Source of the DNA: a virus
Lineage: Duplodnaviria > Caudoviricetes
Length of the DNA stretch: 64,000 nt
Virus record (IMG/VR): IMGVR_UViG_3300032216_000646
Location: 1-64,000 of that record
Reading direction: 5' to 3' (one strand)
Below the pieces are notes generated by a model. The model was not told the DNA's origin and made no database searches. It worked only from the letters and a program-made list of their open reading frames with translations. A program made the translations under genes and the position numbers. Positions 46,307 through 55,451 of this stretch are shown one piece after another; within the stretch, counting starts at the first letter, position 1, and each line of letters begins with the position of its first letter.

Positions 46307-46549
46307 ATGAACCGTGAAAAAAATCAAGTCTCTCGTCCGCCTTTTATCCTTAGAGCCATCCGTCAGCCAATCCGATTAGCACTCGTGGTCGGGTTCTGCT
46401 ACCTCGTGGTTGGATTCATCAACATTGAAATCTGGCTCGTCAACCAAAGTCCGTTCATAAACGGTGGTGACCTACTTGCTTGCATTCTGGCAGTGGTCGC
46501 AGTTAGAGTATTAGTCCGCATCATCCCCGACACCAAGAAAGTGAAGTGA
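46307..46549 (+). CDS. Small membrane protein
   Basis: GGAG RBS; two TM segments. Confidence 0.6.
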   Translation: MNREKNQVSRPPFILRAIRQPIRLALVVGFCYLVVGFINIEIWLVNQSPFINGGDLLACILAVVAVRVLVRIIPDTKKVK

Positions 46550-46554
46550 TACCC

Positions 46555-47253
46555 ATGCAAAGCAAGGACATTACATCCAAGCCACTCGACACAGAGTGGG
46601 CAATCATCAAGTGGAATGCCACCGTCCGCAAAGACGTCAAAGCCTCTGGTCTCGTTCACTGGGAGTCTTTGGAAAAGGTCACACTGGTCAGCACCGACCG
46701 CTACGAGGTCGACAAGACCAAGCGCTCCTATGACCCAGACGATGCTCTGTTCGTCCGTAAAGCAGACCCAGTCAAGGGTTCATTCGGCTACCTAATCAAG
46801 GGCGAGGGTGACCCTGACAGTAATGACCCGACCAAGCCTGTCTATCGAGTCGTGCCTGCCAGTGACTTCATCAGTCCGTGGGCAGACCAAGCCACCCACG
46901 TGGAGGAGCAACGCAACGAGCAACAGCGCATCATCAAAGAGCAGGCAGAGGCACGTGTTCGTCAGCAAATCATCAGCGAGGAGAATGACCGCAGGCAAAG
47001 GATAGCCAGAGAGGTTGCTCTCGACCGTGCAGTCAAAGCCAACGAGACTGCCAAAGCATTCATGCTCAAGCACATCCCTGCAGACATGGTGGAGGACATG
47101 GTGGACTTCAACTTCTACTCCGATGTCACTTACAAACCGTCAGTCGATGGCATTCACCTCGATTACACGCCAAACATCAACGGTGTAATCAACATGCGAG
47201 CAGAGGTCTGGCAGACGTTCATGCAAGTGTTCATGGACTTGCAGAATGACTAG
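46555..47253 (+). CDS. Hypothetical protein
   Basis: Conserved GTGATACCC-ATG leader. Confidence 0.7.
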   Translation: MQSKDITSKPLDTEWAIIKWNATVRKDVKASGLVHWESLEKVTLVSTDRYEVDKTKRSYDPDDALFVRKADPVKGSFGYLIKGEGDPDSNDPTKPVYRVVPASDFISPWADQATHVEEQRNEQQRIIKEQAEARVRQQIISEENDRRQRIAREVALDRAVKANETAKAFMLKHIPADMVEDMVDFNFYSDVTYKPSVDGIHLDYTPNINGVINMRAEVWQTFMQVFMDLQND

Positions 47254-47397
47254 CCTCAAAGAATACGGACGTCACGGATACGTGGCGTCCGTGTTCGTCT
47301 TATCCGTAACAACATCCGTAACAGCGTCCAAACATCCAAACAGCGTTGTAGCCGTTTCGGTGTTTGGCAATCCAACAAGAAAGAAAAGGTGATACCC

Positions 47398-47529
47398 ATG
47401 CGATTAGAAGTAACCGCTAAAGAAAGATTCTGGTTCATGATGCGATACATCATGCCAAAACGTGCCATGTCAGAACTAAGCAAGCCGAACGGTGTGTTCG
47501 AGCGTTTCATGAACGGAGAGTGTCAGTAA
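47398..47529 (+). CDS. Hypothetical peptide (43 aa)
   Basis: Conserved leader; MRLEVTAKERFW... Confidence 0.6.
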   Translation: MRLEVTAKERFWFMMRYIMPKRAMSELSKPNGVFERFMNGECQ

Positions 47530-47759
47530 TGACCATTCACATTGACCTCTCCAATCTTGGAGACCCAGACGAACCATTCAACGATGAAGTCATGCAAGCG
47601 TTAGGCAAGAGCCTCACCCTATGGGTGAACGGTCATGCACACTTGCTCGCATCCATCAACCCATCCGTCACCGTGTCCGTTGACGAACCCGAAGATGTCC
47701 CCACGGGAAACGCCGTTGGGTCAGAACAACAAGAAAGAAAAGGTGATACCCATGAGTGA
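47529..47759 (+). CDS. Hypothetical protein
   Basis: TAATG coupling. Confidence 0.55.
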   Translation: MTIHIDLSNLGDPDEPFNDEVMQALGKSLTLWVNGHAHLLASINPSVTVSVDEPEDVPTGNAVGSEQQERKGDTHE

Positions 47760-47907
47760 AAACTGGAAATCAAACTGTGACAACTGTGGCGAACGTCCGC
47801 ACACTCACGGAGCAAATGGAGTCGATGGCACTCAAGTCATGCTCTGCGATGCCTGTGTTGCAACTCTGCAAGACAAAGGTGAACTGCCAAACGTGGAGGT
47901 GGAGTGA
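47752..47907 (+). CDS. Small Zn-finger protein
   Basis: Conserved leader; CDNC...CDAC. Confidence 0.6.
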   Translation: MSENWKSNCDNCGERPHTHGANGVDGTQVMLCDACVATLQDKGELPNVEVE

Positions 47908-48215
47908 TGAACGATTCACCACTAAAGAAATGTCCAGTCTGCATCCGTGCCTACCGTGGCATGGGCGCACTGTCACGGAGAGACAACCAGACCGAGGTCT
48001 GCTCTGACTGTGGTCAGCGTGAGGCGCTGGAGGCATTCGTAGGACTGTCCGCAACAAACAATCCTGCCGACCCTGCCACCACCACCTGCAAGCACTGCGG
48101 TGAGACCGTCCGTCACGATGGCATCGGCGCATGGGTTGACGAGACCGATGGTGATGGATGCCTGCAAATCACCAAGTTCAATCAGGTTCACGAACCAGTA
48201 TTGGCAGGTGCATGA
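47904..48215 (+). CDS. Cys-rich protein
   Basis: CPVC...ALSRRDN...CSDCG..EA; CKHC. Confidence 0.65.
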   Translation: MMNDSPLKKCPVCIRAYRGMGALSRRDNQTEVCSDCGQREALEAFVGLSATNNPADPATTTCKHCGETVRHDGIGAWVDETDGDGCLQITKFNQVHEPVLAGA

Positions 48216-48499
48216 TGCAAGTTCGTTTCAGTTACTCACCAAAGCACGTCAAGTTCGTCTATGACGCTGACACCGCTCGTGTCCGTGCCACGTTCATCCA
48301 CGACAGCGCAGAAGTCAACTCAAAGTGGCTTACCGCTGACGAGGAGGCGAGCATAGGCGAGGTCTACGAGGACATCTACACCTACAAGGAGTATTCCATC
48401 AACCTCAAAGAGTTGCTAGAGACCGACTTCATGTTCGACTCGTGCGACAGTGAACCCTGCAACTTTGAAATCATGCTAGACGAACTATCCGCTAGGTAG
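48212..48499 (+). CDS. Hypothetical protein
   Basis: ATGA overlap with upstream stop. Confidence 0.6.
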   Translation: MMQVRFSYSPKHVKFVYDADTARVRATFIHDSAEVNSKWLTADEEASIGEVYEDIYTYKEYSINLKELLETDFMFDSCDSEPCNFEIMLDELSAR

Positions 48500-48612
48500 T
48501 CCGTTAGGGCTTATGGACGCCTTCATCCGTGGGGGCGTCCGTAACCCTCAACCTTCAACCCTGAGTTGAAAGATTCAAACTCAACGACATCAAGAAAGAA
48601 AAGGTGATACCC

Positions 48613-49077
48613 ATGTCGATTACTCAACTAGACCTCAAAGGGCTGACCATGGAACAGGTGCAGAAAGCCATCGACCAAGCAGTCCTACAAGAAAACAGTC
48701 GGCAGTTCATGGTCAAATACCGTGCCGAACAAAAAGAAAAGAACAAAGCCAAAGCGCAAGAGCGTGGCAGACGCACACGCATCATCAACACCATGGTCAA
48801 ACTAGGTGTGCCAGTAAACCCCATCAAAACGAACTGGAACGACTCCAAGCGTGGTGAAAAGATGAACCTGTCTACCCAGCCATCCGCCAAAGAGGAAAGC
48901 AAGGGCAGTTACCAACTGTCTATGGATGTCAAACACGCCATAGAGTTTCACAAATACCTAGACATCCTGCGCAACACCCTCGTGTTCAAAATCACAGAGG
49001 TGCAGGTCGGCAACTACATGGGCGGTTCAGAAAACCCCATCTACACCTACTACATCCGATTCATGGGAGACAAATAA
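48613..49077 (+). CDS. Hypothetical protein
   Basis: Conserved leader. Confidence 0.65.
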   Translation: MSITQLDLKGLTMEQVQKAIDQAVLQENSRQFMVKYRAEQKEKNKAKAQERGRRTRIINTMVKLGVPVNPIKTNWNDSKRGEKMNLSTQPSAKEESKGSYQLSMDVKHAIEFHKYLDILRNTLVFKITEVQVGNYMGGSENPIYTYYIRFMGDK

Positions 49078-49376
49078 TGATTAGTCAAAGCATCGACGTG
49101 CCACTCACACAAAGAGAACTCAAAAGCCTCACCGTGTTGACCTCCTCATTCATCGAGGACGTCACTGGCATCATCAAGAACGTCAAACAAAACGGTGGTG
49201 AGGTTGACATTGACTTCATCAAAGCCTCCATCGACATGGCAGTTCTACTTGCAAAGTTGAACGGTTACCGTGAGGGCGCAATCGGGCTAGAAATAGCAGA
49301 ACTGGATGCCATGTTCAGAATGCCATCCGTCAACCCATCCGTAGGCTCGTCCGAAGATGACGACGAAGGGCGCTGA
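49077..49376 (+). CDS. Hypothetical protein
   Basis: TAATG coupling. Confidence 0.6.
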   Translation: MISQSIDVPLTQRELKSLTVLTSSFIEDVTGIIKNVKQNGGEVDIDFIKASIDMAVLLAKLNGYREGAIGLEIAELDAMFRMPSVNPSVGSSEDDDEGR

Positions 49377-49377
49377 G

Positions 49378-49665
49378 ATGACGATTCAAACTCAACGCAT
49401 GTGTTACAAATGTGAACTCGATGTTGCAATCAACCGACTCGATACAGAACACCCATCTTGCAAAGGGTGTTTCGATGGGTCACACGTATTCGGTTGCGAC
49501 TTCTGCGAAAACGGTCTAGCCACAGAGCAGGTCGATTACTCCACTGGGCAACGTGAGTGGTGGTGTTCGACTTGTGTGGTAGAACATGGTATAAATGACA
49601 TCCAGTCAAAAATGCGCTACGTAAATGCGGGCGCATGGTTCATCGAAAACCTAGGAGGGCGATAA
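49378..49665 (+). CDS. Cys-rich protein (four CxxC)
   Basis: ORF track; start re-set to ATG 49378. Confidence 0.6.
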   Translation: MTIQTQRMCYKCELDVAINRLDTEHPSCKGCFDGSHVFGCDFCENGLATEQVDYSTGQREWWCSTCVVEHGINDIQSKMRYVNAGAWFIENLGGR

Positions 49666-49667
49666 AC

Positions 49668-49838
49668 ATGGAAAAGCAATACGAAATCAAATGGACACTA
49701 GAAAAGTGGTTCAAGGTCACCATCACCGCTGAAAGCGAGGAGCAGGCACGTGAGATGTTCTGGGCTGGCGAACACGGTGAACCAACTCAATACGGCGCAG
49801 AAATCCAAGAGGGTGTAGACGTAGAGGAGGTCAAATAA
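49668..49838 (+). CDS. Small acidic protein
   Basis: GGAGG RBS; V.I.AESEEQA.E pattern. Confidence 0.6.
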   Translation: MEKQYEIKWTLEKWFKVTITAESEEQAREMFWAGEHGEPTQYGAEIQEGVDVEEVK

Positions 49839-50173
49839 TGGCTAAGGTCAGAGACGTGCGCAAAGCACTCAAAGCATCAGACCCAGACTCTCACATTGCA
49901 ATCTGGTTCGTCACCAAGCGTGAGATGGAGCGTGAGATGGAAGTCAGCATGACTGACGAAGTCTGGCGTCTAGCCACCACCAAGTGGCTCAAAGCCAACT
50001 ACGCCACGCTCACGGAGAGCATCAAACAAATGACATGGGATGCCGAATACGACACGGAGGGCGAGGAAGTCCACGCTGTGTCCGTAGACGCATCCGTAGA
50101 CCCATCCGAAGATGAGAAAAACGGCGCTTCAGCCGTGTCCCCAAAGATTCAAAAACCAAAGAAAGTGAAGTGA
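49838..50173 (+). CDS. Hypothetical protein
   Basis: GGAGG RBS; TAATG coupling. Confidence 0.6.
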   Translation: MAKVRDVRKALKASDPDSHIAIWFVTKREMEREMEVSMTDEVWRLATTKWLKANYATLTESIKQMTWDAEYDTEGEEVHAVSVDASVDPSEDEKNGASAVSPKIQKPKKVK

Positions 50174-50178
50174 TAACC

Positions 50179-50508
50179 ATGCCAACAGTTACAACTCCTT
50201 ACAACAAAACCGCCGAAGTCGAGATAGGCACACCAGCCACCATCGGCATCGGCAGTGACTCATACCCTGCAACCATTGTCAGTTTCTTACTGTTCAAGTC
50301 AGGGGCAAAGCAAGGACAAGTCCGTAGCATCCTCGTTCAGTGGGACAACCACAAGTTCAACCCAGAGACGAGAGAGGACGAGTATTCACGCAACCCCGAT
50401 GGCAAAATCATGGTGTTCACACAGAACAAGCGTGGACGCTGGCACAGCAACAACTCCTACGGTCTGGGCATCGGTCACAGACGTTACTACCAAGACCCAT
50501 CGTTCTAG
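50179..50508 (+). CDS. Hypothetical phage protein
   Basis: Conserved leader; SDSYPATIV...G.R.YYQDPSF. Confidence 0.7.
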   Translation: MPTVTTPYNKTAEVEIGTPATIGIGSDSYPATIVSFLLFKSGAKQGQVRSILVQWDNHKFNPETREDEYSRNPDGKIMVFTQNKRGRWHSNNSYGLGIGHRRYYQDPSF

Positions 50509-50592
50509 TCCGTAAGGATGTCCGTTGGTGGTAACCCGCCGCCAAAAAAATAAAAATCGGCACGCAAGCCGAGAAAGAAAAAGGTGATAACC

Positions 50593-50814
50593 ATGACACG
50601 CATCAAACTCATTCGTGTTCAAGACGCACACACCCGCCTAAAAGCAGGTGACACTGGAACTATCGTTGGAGAGTCGTTCGACCAAATCGGTTACGAACGT
50701 CTCGTCCGTCTCGATGTCCAATGGGATAGCGGGTCAACTCTCGCTATCTACCCACACCTTGACGAGTTCGAGGTAATCACAGAACCATCCGTCGGCTCGT
50801 CCGTAAGCCAATAA
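50593..50814 (+). CDS. DUF4314-like SH3-type protein
   Basis: GDTGTIV...VQWDSGSTL....D.F. Confidence 0.6.
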   Translation: MTRIKLIRVQDAHTRLKAGDTGTIVGESFDQIGYERLVRLDVQWDSGSTLAIYPHLDEFEVITEPSVGSSVSQ

Positions 50815-50817
50815 CCC

Positions 50818-50833
50818 GTGAAAGCGCTTTCAC
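50818..50833. promoter_or_regulatory. Perfect 16-bp palindrome, LacI/cre-like operator
   Basis: GTGAAAGCGCTTTCAC just before AGGAG RBS. Confidence 0.55.
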
Positions 50834-50849
50834 AGATTTCAGGAGCATC

Positions 50850-51080
50850 ATGAGCATCAAAAAAAGATTCAAAGAACTAGGCGCAGTCGTAGAGATTCCA
50901 GACTTACATGTCTGGGTCTCTGACGATGGCATGTGGGGAGTAGGTGAACTTGTAGTTGTAAACGCCACGCAGTGGTCTATCCAACAGTTTGAGAAGTTCT
51001 CTGACTTGCATCCCACAGAACGCTGGAACACAGCCATAGAATGGGCATCCGCAACAAACAAGGAGGGCGATAAGCCATGA
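50850..51080 (+). CDS. Hypothetical protein
   Basis: AGGAG RBS. Confidence 0.6.
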   Translation: MSIKKRFKELGAVVEIPDLHVWVSDDGMWGVGELVVVNATQWSIQQFEKFSDLHPTERWNTAIEWASATNKEGDKP

Positions 51081-51268
51081 CACAAGAACAAAAAAGAATG
51101 CTTGACTTTCTCATTTACGAGAACGAGGATGGAACATGGACAGGTGAAGTAAAGAACATCCTGCTATCTCCGTTCGCACCATCGCTATTCGTAGCAACAG
51201 CATCAACCAAACTAGAAGTCACCGAACAGGTGGCACGATTCGCATTGGAGGGCGATACCCATGAGTAA
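51077..51268 (+). CDS. Hypothetical protein, possibly HicB-like fold
   Basis: YENEDGTWTGEV...ATAST..EV pattern. Confidence 0.5.
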   Translation: MTQEQKRMLDFLIYENEDGTWTGEVKNILLSPFAPSLFVATASTKLEVTEQVARFALEGDTHE

Positions 51269-51626
51269 CATCGAACAGGTCATACATGACCGCAAACTAA
51301 CAGAGCAAGGACGTCACGAGGGCATGCAGTGGATGCGTGACCACTTGATTGACAAACTGAACCACGACTTGGAGAGCAACGAGTGCGACTGCCAGTGCGA
51401 TGCACTCAAAGACGTAGTGGATTACCTGACAGGCGAGTTGCCTGAATCAACTCACCAGCATGTCTGGCAAACTGACAACCTATCGGACACCTACGAAACC
51501 ATCTGTGGTGTCTGCCAAGCAGTAAAGGAGGATGCGCTACCCCTATCGAACGATGTTGACGACCAGTGGTGTGACACCTGCGGGTCAGAACTGACTCACC
51601 CATGTGGATGCGAGGCGAACGACTAA
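51261..51626 (+). CDS. Cys-rich hypothetical protein
   Basis: GGAGG RBS. Confidence 0.6.
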   Translation: MSNIEQVIHDRKLTEQGRHEGMQWMRDHLIDKLNHDLESNECDCQCDALKDVVDYLTGELPESTHQHVWQTDNLSDTYETICGVCQAVKEDALPLSNDVDDQWCDTCGSELTHPCGCEAND

Positions 51627-51802
51627 TGGGTTATGGCATCTCATTCCTAAGTCGCACACAGTTGCGCCAAATAATCGACACCACCACTAACCCAGTAGTC
51701 AAAGCCTACGCAGAGGCAACTCTGACTGTCTATGACCTACACCTTGACCTTGAAAAGAGTCTCGTAGAGGCTATTGGCGAGGCTCACGAGGCTCAAGAAT
51801 GA
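51626..51802 (+). CDS. Hypothetical protein
   Basis: TAATG coupling. Confidence 0.55.
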   Translation: MGYGISFLSRTQLRQIIDTTTNPVVKAYAEATLTVYDLHLDLEKSLVEAIGEAHEAQE

Positions 51803-52008
51803 CGGGCGCACAGCAAGCGTTCAAGGCGGGCGTCCGTGAGGGCGTCCGTCAAGAGCGTGAACGCATTTTCAAATCAAATCTCTGGAACATCTTGCGTGAG
51901 CAAGGTTGGTCAGAGTTCTCAATGTCACAACTATGTGCTGAACTAGAGTTACTCAAAGAAGTAGAGGAGAACGAGGATGCAGACATTCTTACCACTAGCA
52001 ACGAGTAA
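51799..52008 (+). CDS. Hypothetical protein
   Basis: ATGA coupling. Confidence 0.55.
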   Translation: MTGAQQAFKAGVREGVRQERERIFKSNLWNILREQGWSEFSMSQLCAELELLKEVEENEDADILTTSNE

Positions 52009-52465
52009 CTTCGTTGACATCGCAAAGACGCTTGACAACAAGCGTCTCAATAAGCAGGCTCTGGAGGGTTGGCAAATCATGCTGACCCTCCTAGAACTTG
52101 ACCCAGAGGGTAACCATCGCACACCAAAAGGCTGGGTAAACCATCCAGCAGTCAAGATGTGGCGTGGCTCTGAGACCCTGCTTATGGGTTACGTAGTCGC
52201 TATGACCCAAGAATGGGTGAACCGTGGCTATAAAACCACGATTGGTGTCAAAGCCATGAAAACACTCATTCGTGGCATCGAACTCAAACGAGCCTCTACA
52301 AAGCCATCAGAGCCTCTCTGGATGGCTGACAAAGACAAGTTTGAGCAGATTGCCTCAAGCCACCGCAAGGCTCTCCTAGCCAAAGATTACGACTGGTATA
52401 GCCAGTTTGGTTGGGCAGAGGACACTGGCACAGCACCAACCACCTACGAATACATCTGGGAGTAA
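51977..52465 (+). CDS. MSMEG_6728 / pyrimidine-dimer glycosylase-like protein
   Basis: MQTFLP...LDNKRLNKQ..E, GW.NHPAV.MW and SH...LL.KD motifs. Confidence 0.85.
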   Translation: MQTFLPLATSNFVDIAKTLDNKRLNKQALEGWQIMLTLLELDPEGNHRTPKGWVNHPAVKMWRGSETLLMGYVVAMTQEWVNRGYKTTIGVKAMKTLIRGIELKRASTKPSEPLWMADKDKFEQIASSHRKALLAKDYDWYSQFGWAEDTGTAPTTYEYIWE

Positions 52466-52467
52466 AG

Positions 52468-52704
52468 ATGAAACTAAAACATGCAGTAGGAGACACCATT
52501 CGCAGTCTCCGTCAAGAAAGAAACATGACCCTGCGCATTCTGTCCAGCAGGTCTCATGTAGCACTAGGTCACATCTCTGACGTTGAACGAGGCAACAAAG
52601 GGGCAAGCCACGAACTGCTAGAGGCTCTTGCTTTAGGGCTAGACATCTCCACCACCGACCTCATTGGAGAAATCTACGAGTATCTAAAGGAGAACAATGG
52701 CTAA
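52468..52704 (+). CDS. XRE HTH regulator, ClgR-like
   Basis: GD.IR..R.....TLR......V.LG.IS.VERG.K..S.ELL pattern. Confidence 0.8.
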   Translation: MKLKHAVGDTIRSLRQERNMTLRILSSRSHVALGHISDVERGNKGASHELLEALALGLDISTTDLIGEIYEYLKENNG

Positions 52705-52873
52705 GAGCAAAGCACGTCACCGTGCAGAATGGCGTCCGTTGGACTATCCATTACAGTCATACATCCGCATGTATCAAAATCGCTGGTGGCATTTCCAAAA
52801 GCCAGCACTCAAAAGAAAGGTCAGTCTGTGTCTAAAGCACGTATCGGAACTGATAAAGAAACTAAGCAAATAA
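52697..52873 (+). CDS. Small basic protein (58 aa)
   Basis: AAGGAG RBS; MAKSKARHRAEW... Confidence 0.55.
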   Translation: MAKSKARHRAEWRPLDYPLQSYIRMYQNRWWHFQKPALKRKVSLCLKHVSELIKKLSK

Positions 52874-53064
52874 TCAAAGAGGCTAAAAGCCAAGGTTGGC
52901 AAATCGTCATGACCAATGGCAACCACCTCAAATGGATAGCACCCAACGGTAAAGTAGTGTTCTCCGCTTTGACAGGGTCAGACCGCCGAGGTATTCTAAA
53001 CCTCAAGAGCCAACTGCGCATCGCTGGGTTTATCGAAATCAAAAAGCAAGGTAAAAGCAAATGA
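52828..53064 (+). CDS. HicA-like toxin-fold protein
   Basis: GW.....GNHLKW..P.G...T.SD.R...NL...LR.AG. Confidence 0.7.
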   Translation: MSKARIGTDKETKQIIKEAKSQGWQIVMTNGNHLKWIAPNGKVVFSALTGSDRRGILNLKSQLRIAGFIEIKKQGKSK

Positions 53065-53345
53065 ATGAATCGTGGGTAGGGGCAATCTGCTCCGAAACTG
53101 ACCCTGAACTTTTCTTCCCAGAGAAGTTGAGCAACACTACACAAATCAGGCAAGCAAAGCGCCTCTGCGCCACGTGTCCACTCACCGCCCAATGCCTAGA
53201 GGTGGCTATGAAAAAGCCATACGAGGGCATCTGGGGGGGAACTCTACCCAGTGAGAGAGCAAGCATGAAAAGACATCCTGAACTAATCCAAAAACACCTA
53301 AAAGAACTGAGGGCAAATGCTAGAACTATTGAGCAGGCTGACTAA
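53061..53345 (+). CDS. whiB: WhiB-family transcription factor
   Basis: C...DPELFFP, AK.LC..CP...QC and GIWGG motifs. Confidence 0.95.
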   Translation: MNESWVGAICSETDPELFFPEKLSNTTQIRQAKRLCATCPLTAQCLEVAMKKPYEGIWGGTLPSERASMKRHPELIQKHLKELRANARTIEQAD

Positions 53346-53548
53346 TGGAACAGCCAGATTTATTGAACAAAGACGACGTGGCAAAACTCGCAGGGTTCAA
53401 GTCACGCACGACCGTGAGGCTTTATCAAAAGCGAGGCATCCTTCCCAAGCCAGACGTTTACGTCAAGAGCAAGCCGATGTGGAACAGGTCAACTATCGAA
53501 AGATGGAACTGTGACCGCAACAGCATCGAACTGGTAGAGATTCCGTAA
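53345..53548 (+). CDS. AlpA/excisionase-like HTH protein
   Basis: DVA...G....TV......G..P.PD......W....I..W. Confidence 0.75.
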   Translation: MEQPDLLNKDDVAKLAGFKSRTTVRLYQKRGILPKPDVYVKSKPMWNRSTIERWNCDRNSIELVEIP

Positions 53549-53617
53549 GACTATCCGTAAGCCCACTTCGCTGCCAAAAAAATGTCAGTGGGGTGTGCTA
53601 AGAAATCGAGGGCAATA

Positions 53618-54748
53618 ATGATTCAGCAAAAACTAAATGATTACATTCAAAGTTGGCTACCAAAAGCCGACCTACTACCCATCACCAAAAAGAACTACGA
53701 GTCTGTCCTACGCATCCACGTCCTGCCACGCATGGGCGAGAGAGTCATAGCAGACATCCGTAGAGCCGATGTCCGTCAACTGCTGGACGAACTACGTGAC
53801 GTAGGCATCTCCAGTTCTATCCGCTCCCAAGCCAAAGCCTCCCTAGGCTCTGCACTGCAGGCACTGGTAGACCGTGACGAACTAGAGTCCAACCCGACGC
53901 ACAAGATTCGCATCAAGAAGTTAGACAGCCAAGACCTACGCAACGTCCTAGACCCAGAGGACTTCAAGACCATCCGTCAGAACCTCCGTAATGACGTCGC
54001 CGCACTTTTTGCAGACTTCCTTGTTCTTTCGGGTTGCCGATTCGGAGAGGCATCCGAACTAAGACTCAAAGATGCCAACTTCAAAACCAACGAAATCTAC
54101 ATTCAAAGACGAGTCAGTGACCTAGGTGGAAACCATAACAATGGTTCAAGATTCAGGGTTATCGAGGCTACAAAGTCAGGTCGTAGCCGTGCTGTCGTAG
54201 TCACAAAGCCACTTATGGACGCAATCAAAGCCCATTCACAAGCCCACGGACTAGCACAAAACGACCTATTGTTCCCTGTGAACTTGTTTGCTAAAGACGA
54301 TACCGTGGAAAGCATGTCACGAGACACGGACACCGCAAAGACATTCGTCAAGAACAAAAGGTTATACACCCACGGAACGCAATACGCTTACGTGCATGGT
54401 CTTTGCAGGTGTGAGCAATGCCGAGATGCGATGCGAAAGTATCGAGCATCACAACGCCTACCAAAAGTCAACCAGCGTCCTGCCACCAACACGACAGGAC
54501 ACTTACCTCGTGACACATGGAGACTAATCTGGCTAGAGGCAATCGGTAAGTCCAATGTGGAATGGAGTCCACGCACCCACGACCTTCGTCATGCCAACGC
54601 TACGCTGTTACTAAAAAATGGCGTGGATGTGAACGAAGTCAAGGAGCGTCTAGGACACTCATCCATCAAGACGACAGAACGATACCTACATCGTCTGCGT
54701 CACCAACGGTCAAAAGCAGCGGAAGCAGTGGCTGACTTTTTGGAGTGA
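53618..54748 (+). CDS. int: Tyrosine integrase/recombinase
   Basis: SGCRFGE, TKS, HDLRH, LGHS and Y catalytic residues intact. Confidence 0.92.
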   Translation: MIQQKLNDYIQSWLPKADLLPITKKNYESVLRIHVLPRMGERVIADIRRADVRQLLDELRDVGISSSIRSQAKASLGSALQALVDRDELESNPTHKIRIKKLDSQDLRNVLDPEDFKTIRQNLRNDVAALFADFLVLSGCRFGEASELRLKDANFKTNEIYIQRRVSDLGGNHNNGSRFRVIEATKSGRSRAVVVTKPLMDAIKAHSQAHGLAQNDLLFPVNLFAKDDTVESMSRDTDTAKTFVKNKRLYTHGTQYAYVHGLCRCEQCRDAMRKYRASQRLPKVNQRPATNTTGHLPRDTWRLIWLEAIGKSNVEWSPRTHDLRHANATLLLKNGVDVNEVKERLGHSSIKTTERYLHRLRHQRSKAAEAVADFLE

Positions 54749-55287
54749 TACAAATGAATACAAAGATAACCAAACTGATAAGCACCAGCATCTTGACACT
54801 AATCCTGTCAGGATGTGTCACCCCGCAAGAGGTGACTCCAGTAATAAAAGCCGAACCAGCAGTTTACTCAAAGCCCACTAGCATCAACCCAATAATGGTT
54901 CATGCTCAAGCAATGAAAGTAAAAGCCATTCGGAAGCAAATCGTGAAGCAAGCCATCTCAGGATTGGGTGTTCCCTATGTCTATAGTGGAATGTCTAGGT
55001 CTGGGTGGGACTGCTCAGGATTTACTGCTTATGTGTATGGTAAGTTCGGGATACAACTAGAGCATTCAGCAACAAAGCAAGCGCATTCTGCAAAGCCCAA
55101 CCGCAAGCCACAGGCTGGCGACTTGGTAGCATTCAGCAGAGGCGATGGCTATTGGTATTACCACGTAGGTATCTACATAGGTAATGGCAAAGTTGTCAAT
55201 GCAAACAGTTACTACGGACGAACAGTTGTAGAACCCATCACCAACTACAAAGGTGACAAGATTACATACATCAACGTAATCAAGTAG
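54745..55287 (+). CDS. NlpC/P60 cell-wall hydrolase, lipoprotein-like
   Basis: LSGC lipobox; GVPY, DCSG, GDLV and HVGIY motifs. Confidence 0.9.
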   Translation: MIQMNTKITKLISTSILTLILSGCVTPQEVTPVIKAEPAVYSKPTSINPIMVHAQAMKVKAIRKQIVKQAISGLGVPYVYSGMSRSGWDCSGFTAYVYGKFGIQLEHSATKQAHSAKPNRKPQAGDLVAFSRGDGYWYYHVGIYIGNGKVVNANSYYGRTVVEPITNYKGDKITYINVIK

Positions 55288-55293
55288 AACAAG

Positions 55294-55331
55294 AAAAGCC
55301 CCTCACTACTTAGGTAGTGGGGGGTTTTTTT
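55294..55331 (+). terminator. Rho-independent terminator ending the plus-strand block
   Basis: GCCCCTCACTAC/GTAGTGGGGGGT stem plus T7. Confidence 0.85.
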
Positions 55332-55451
55332 ATACCCAAATCCGTAAGCCCATCCGCAAGAATCTCCGCCGCAGCGAAGACCTGGCTGTCGTCTTCGCAG
55401 TACTGGACAACCTGACGGACAAATCCATCCGTAAGGGTATCCGTCAATCCA

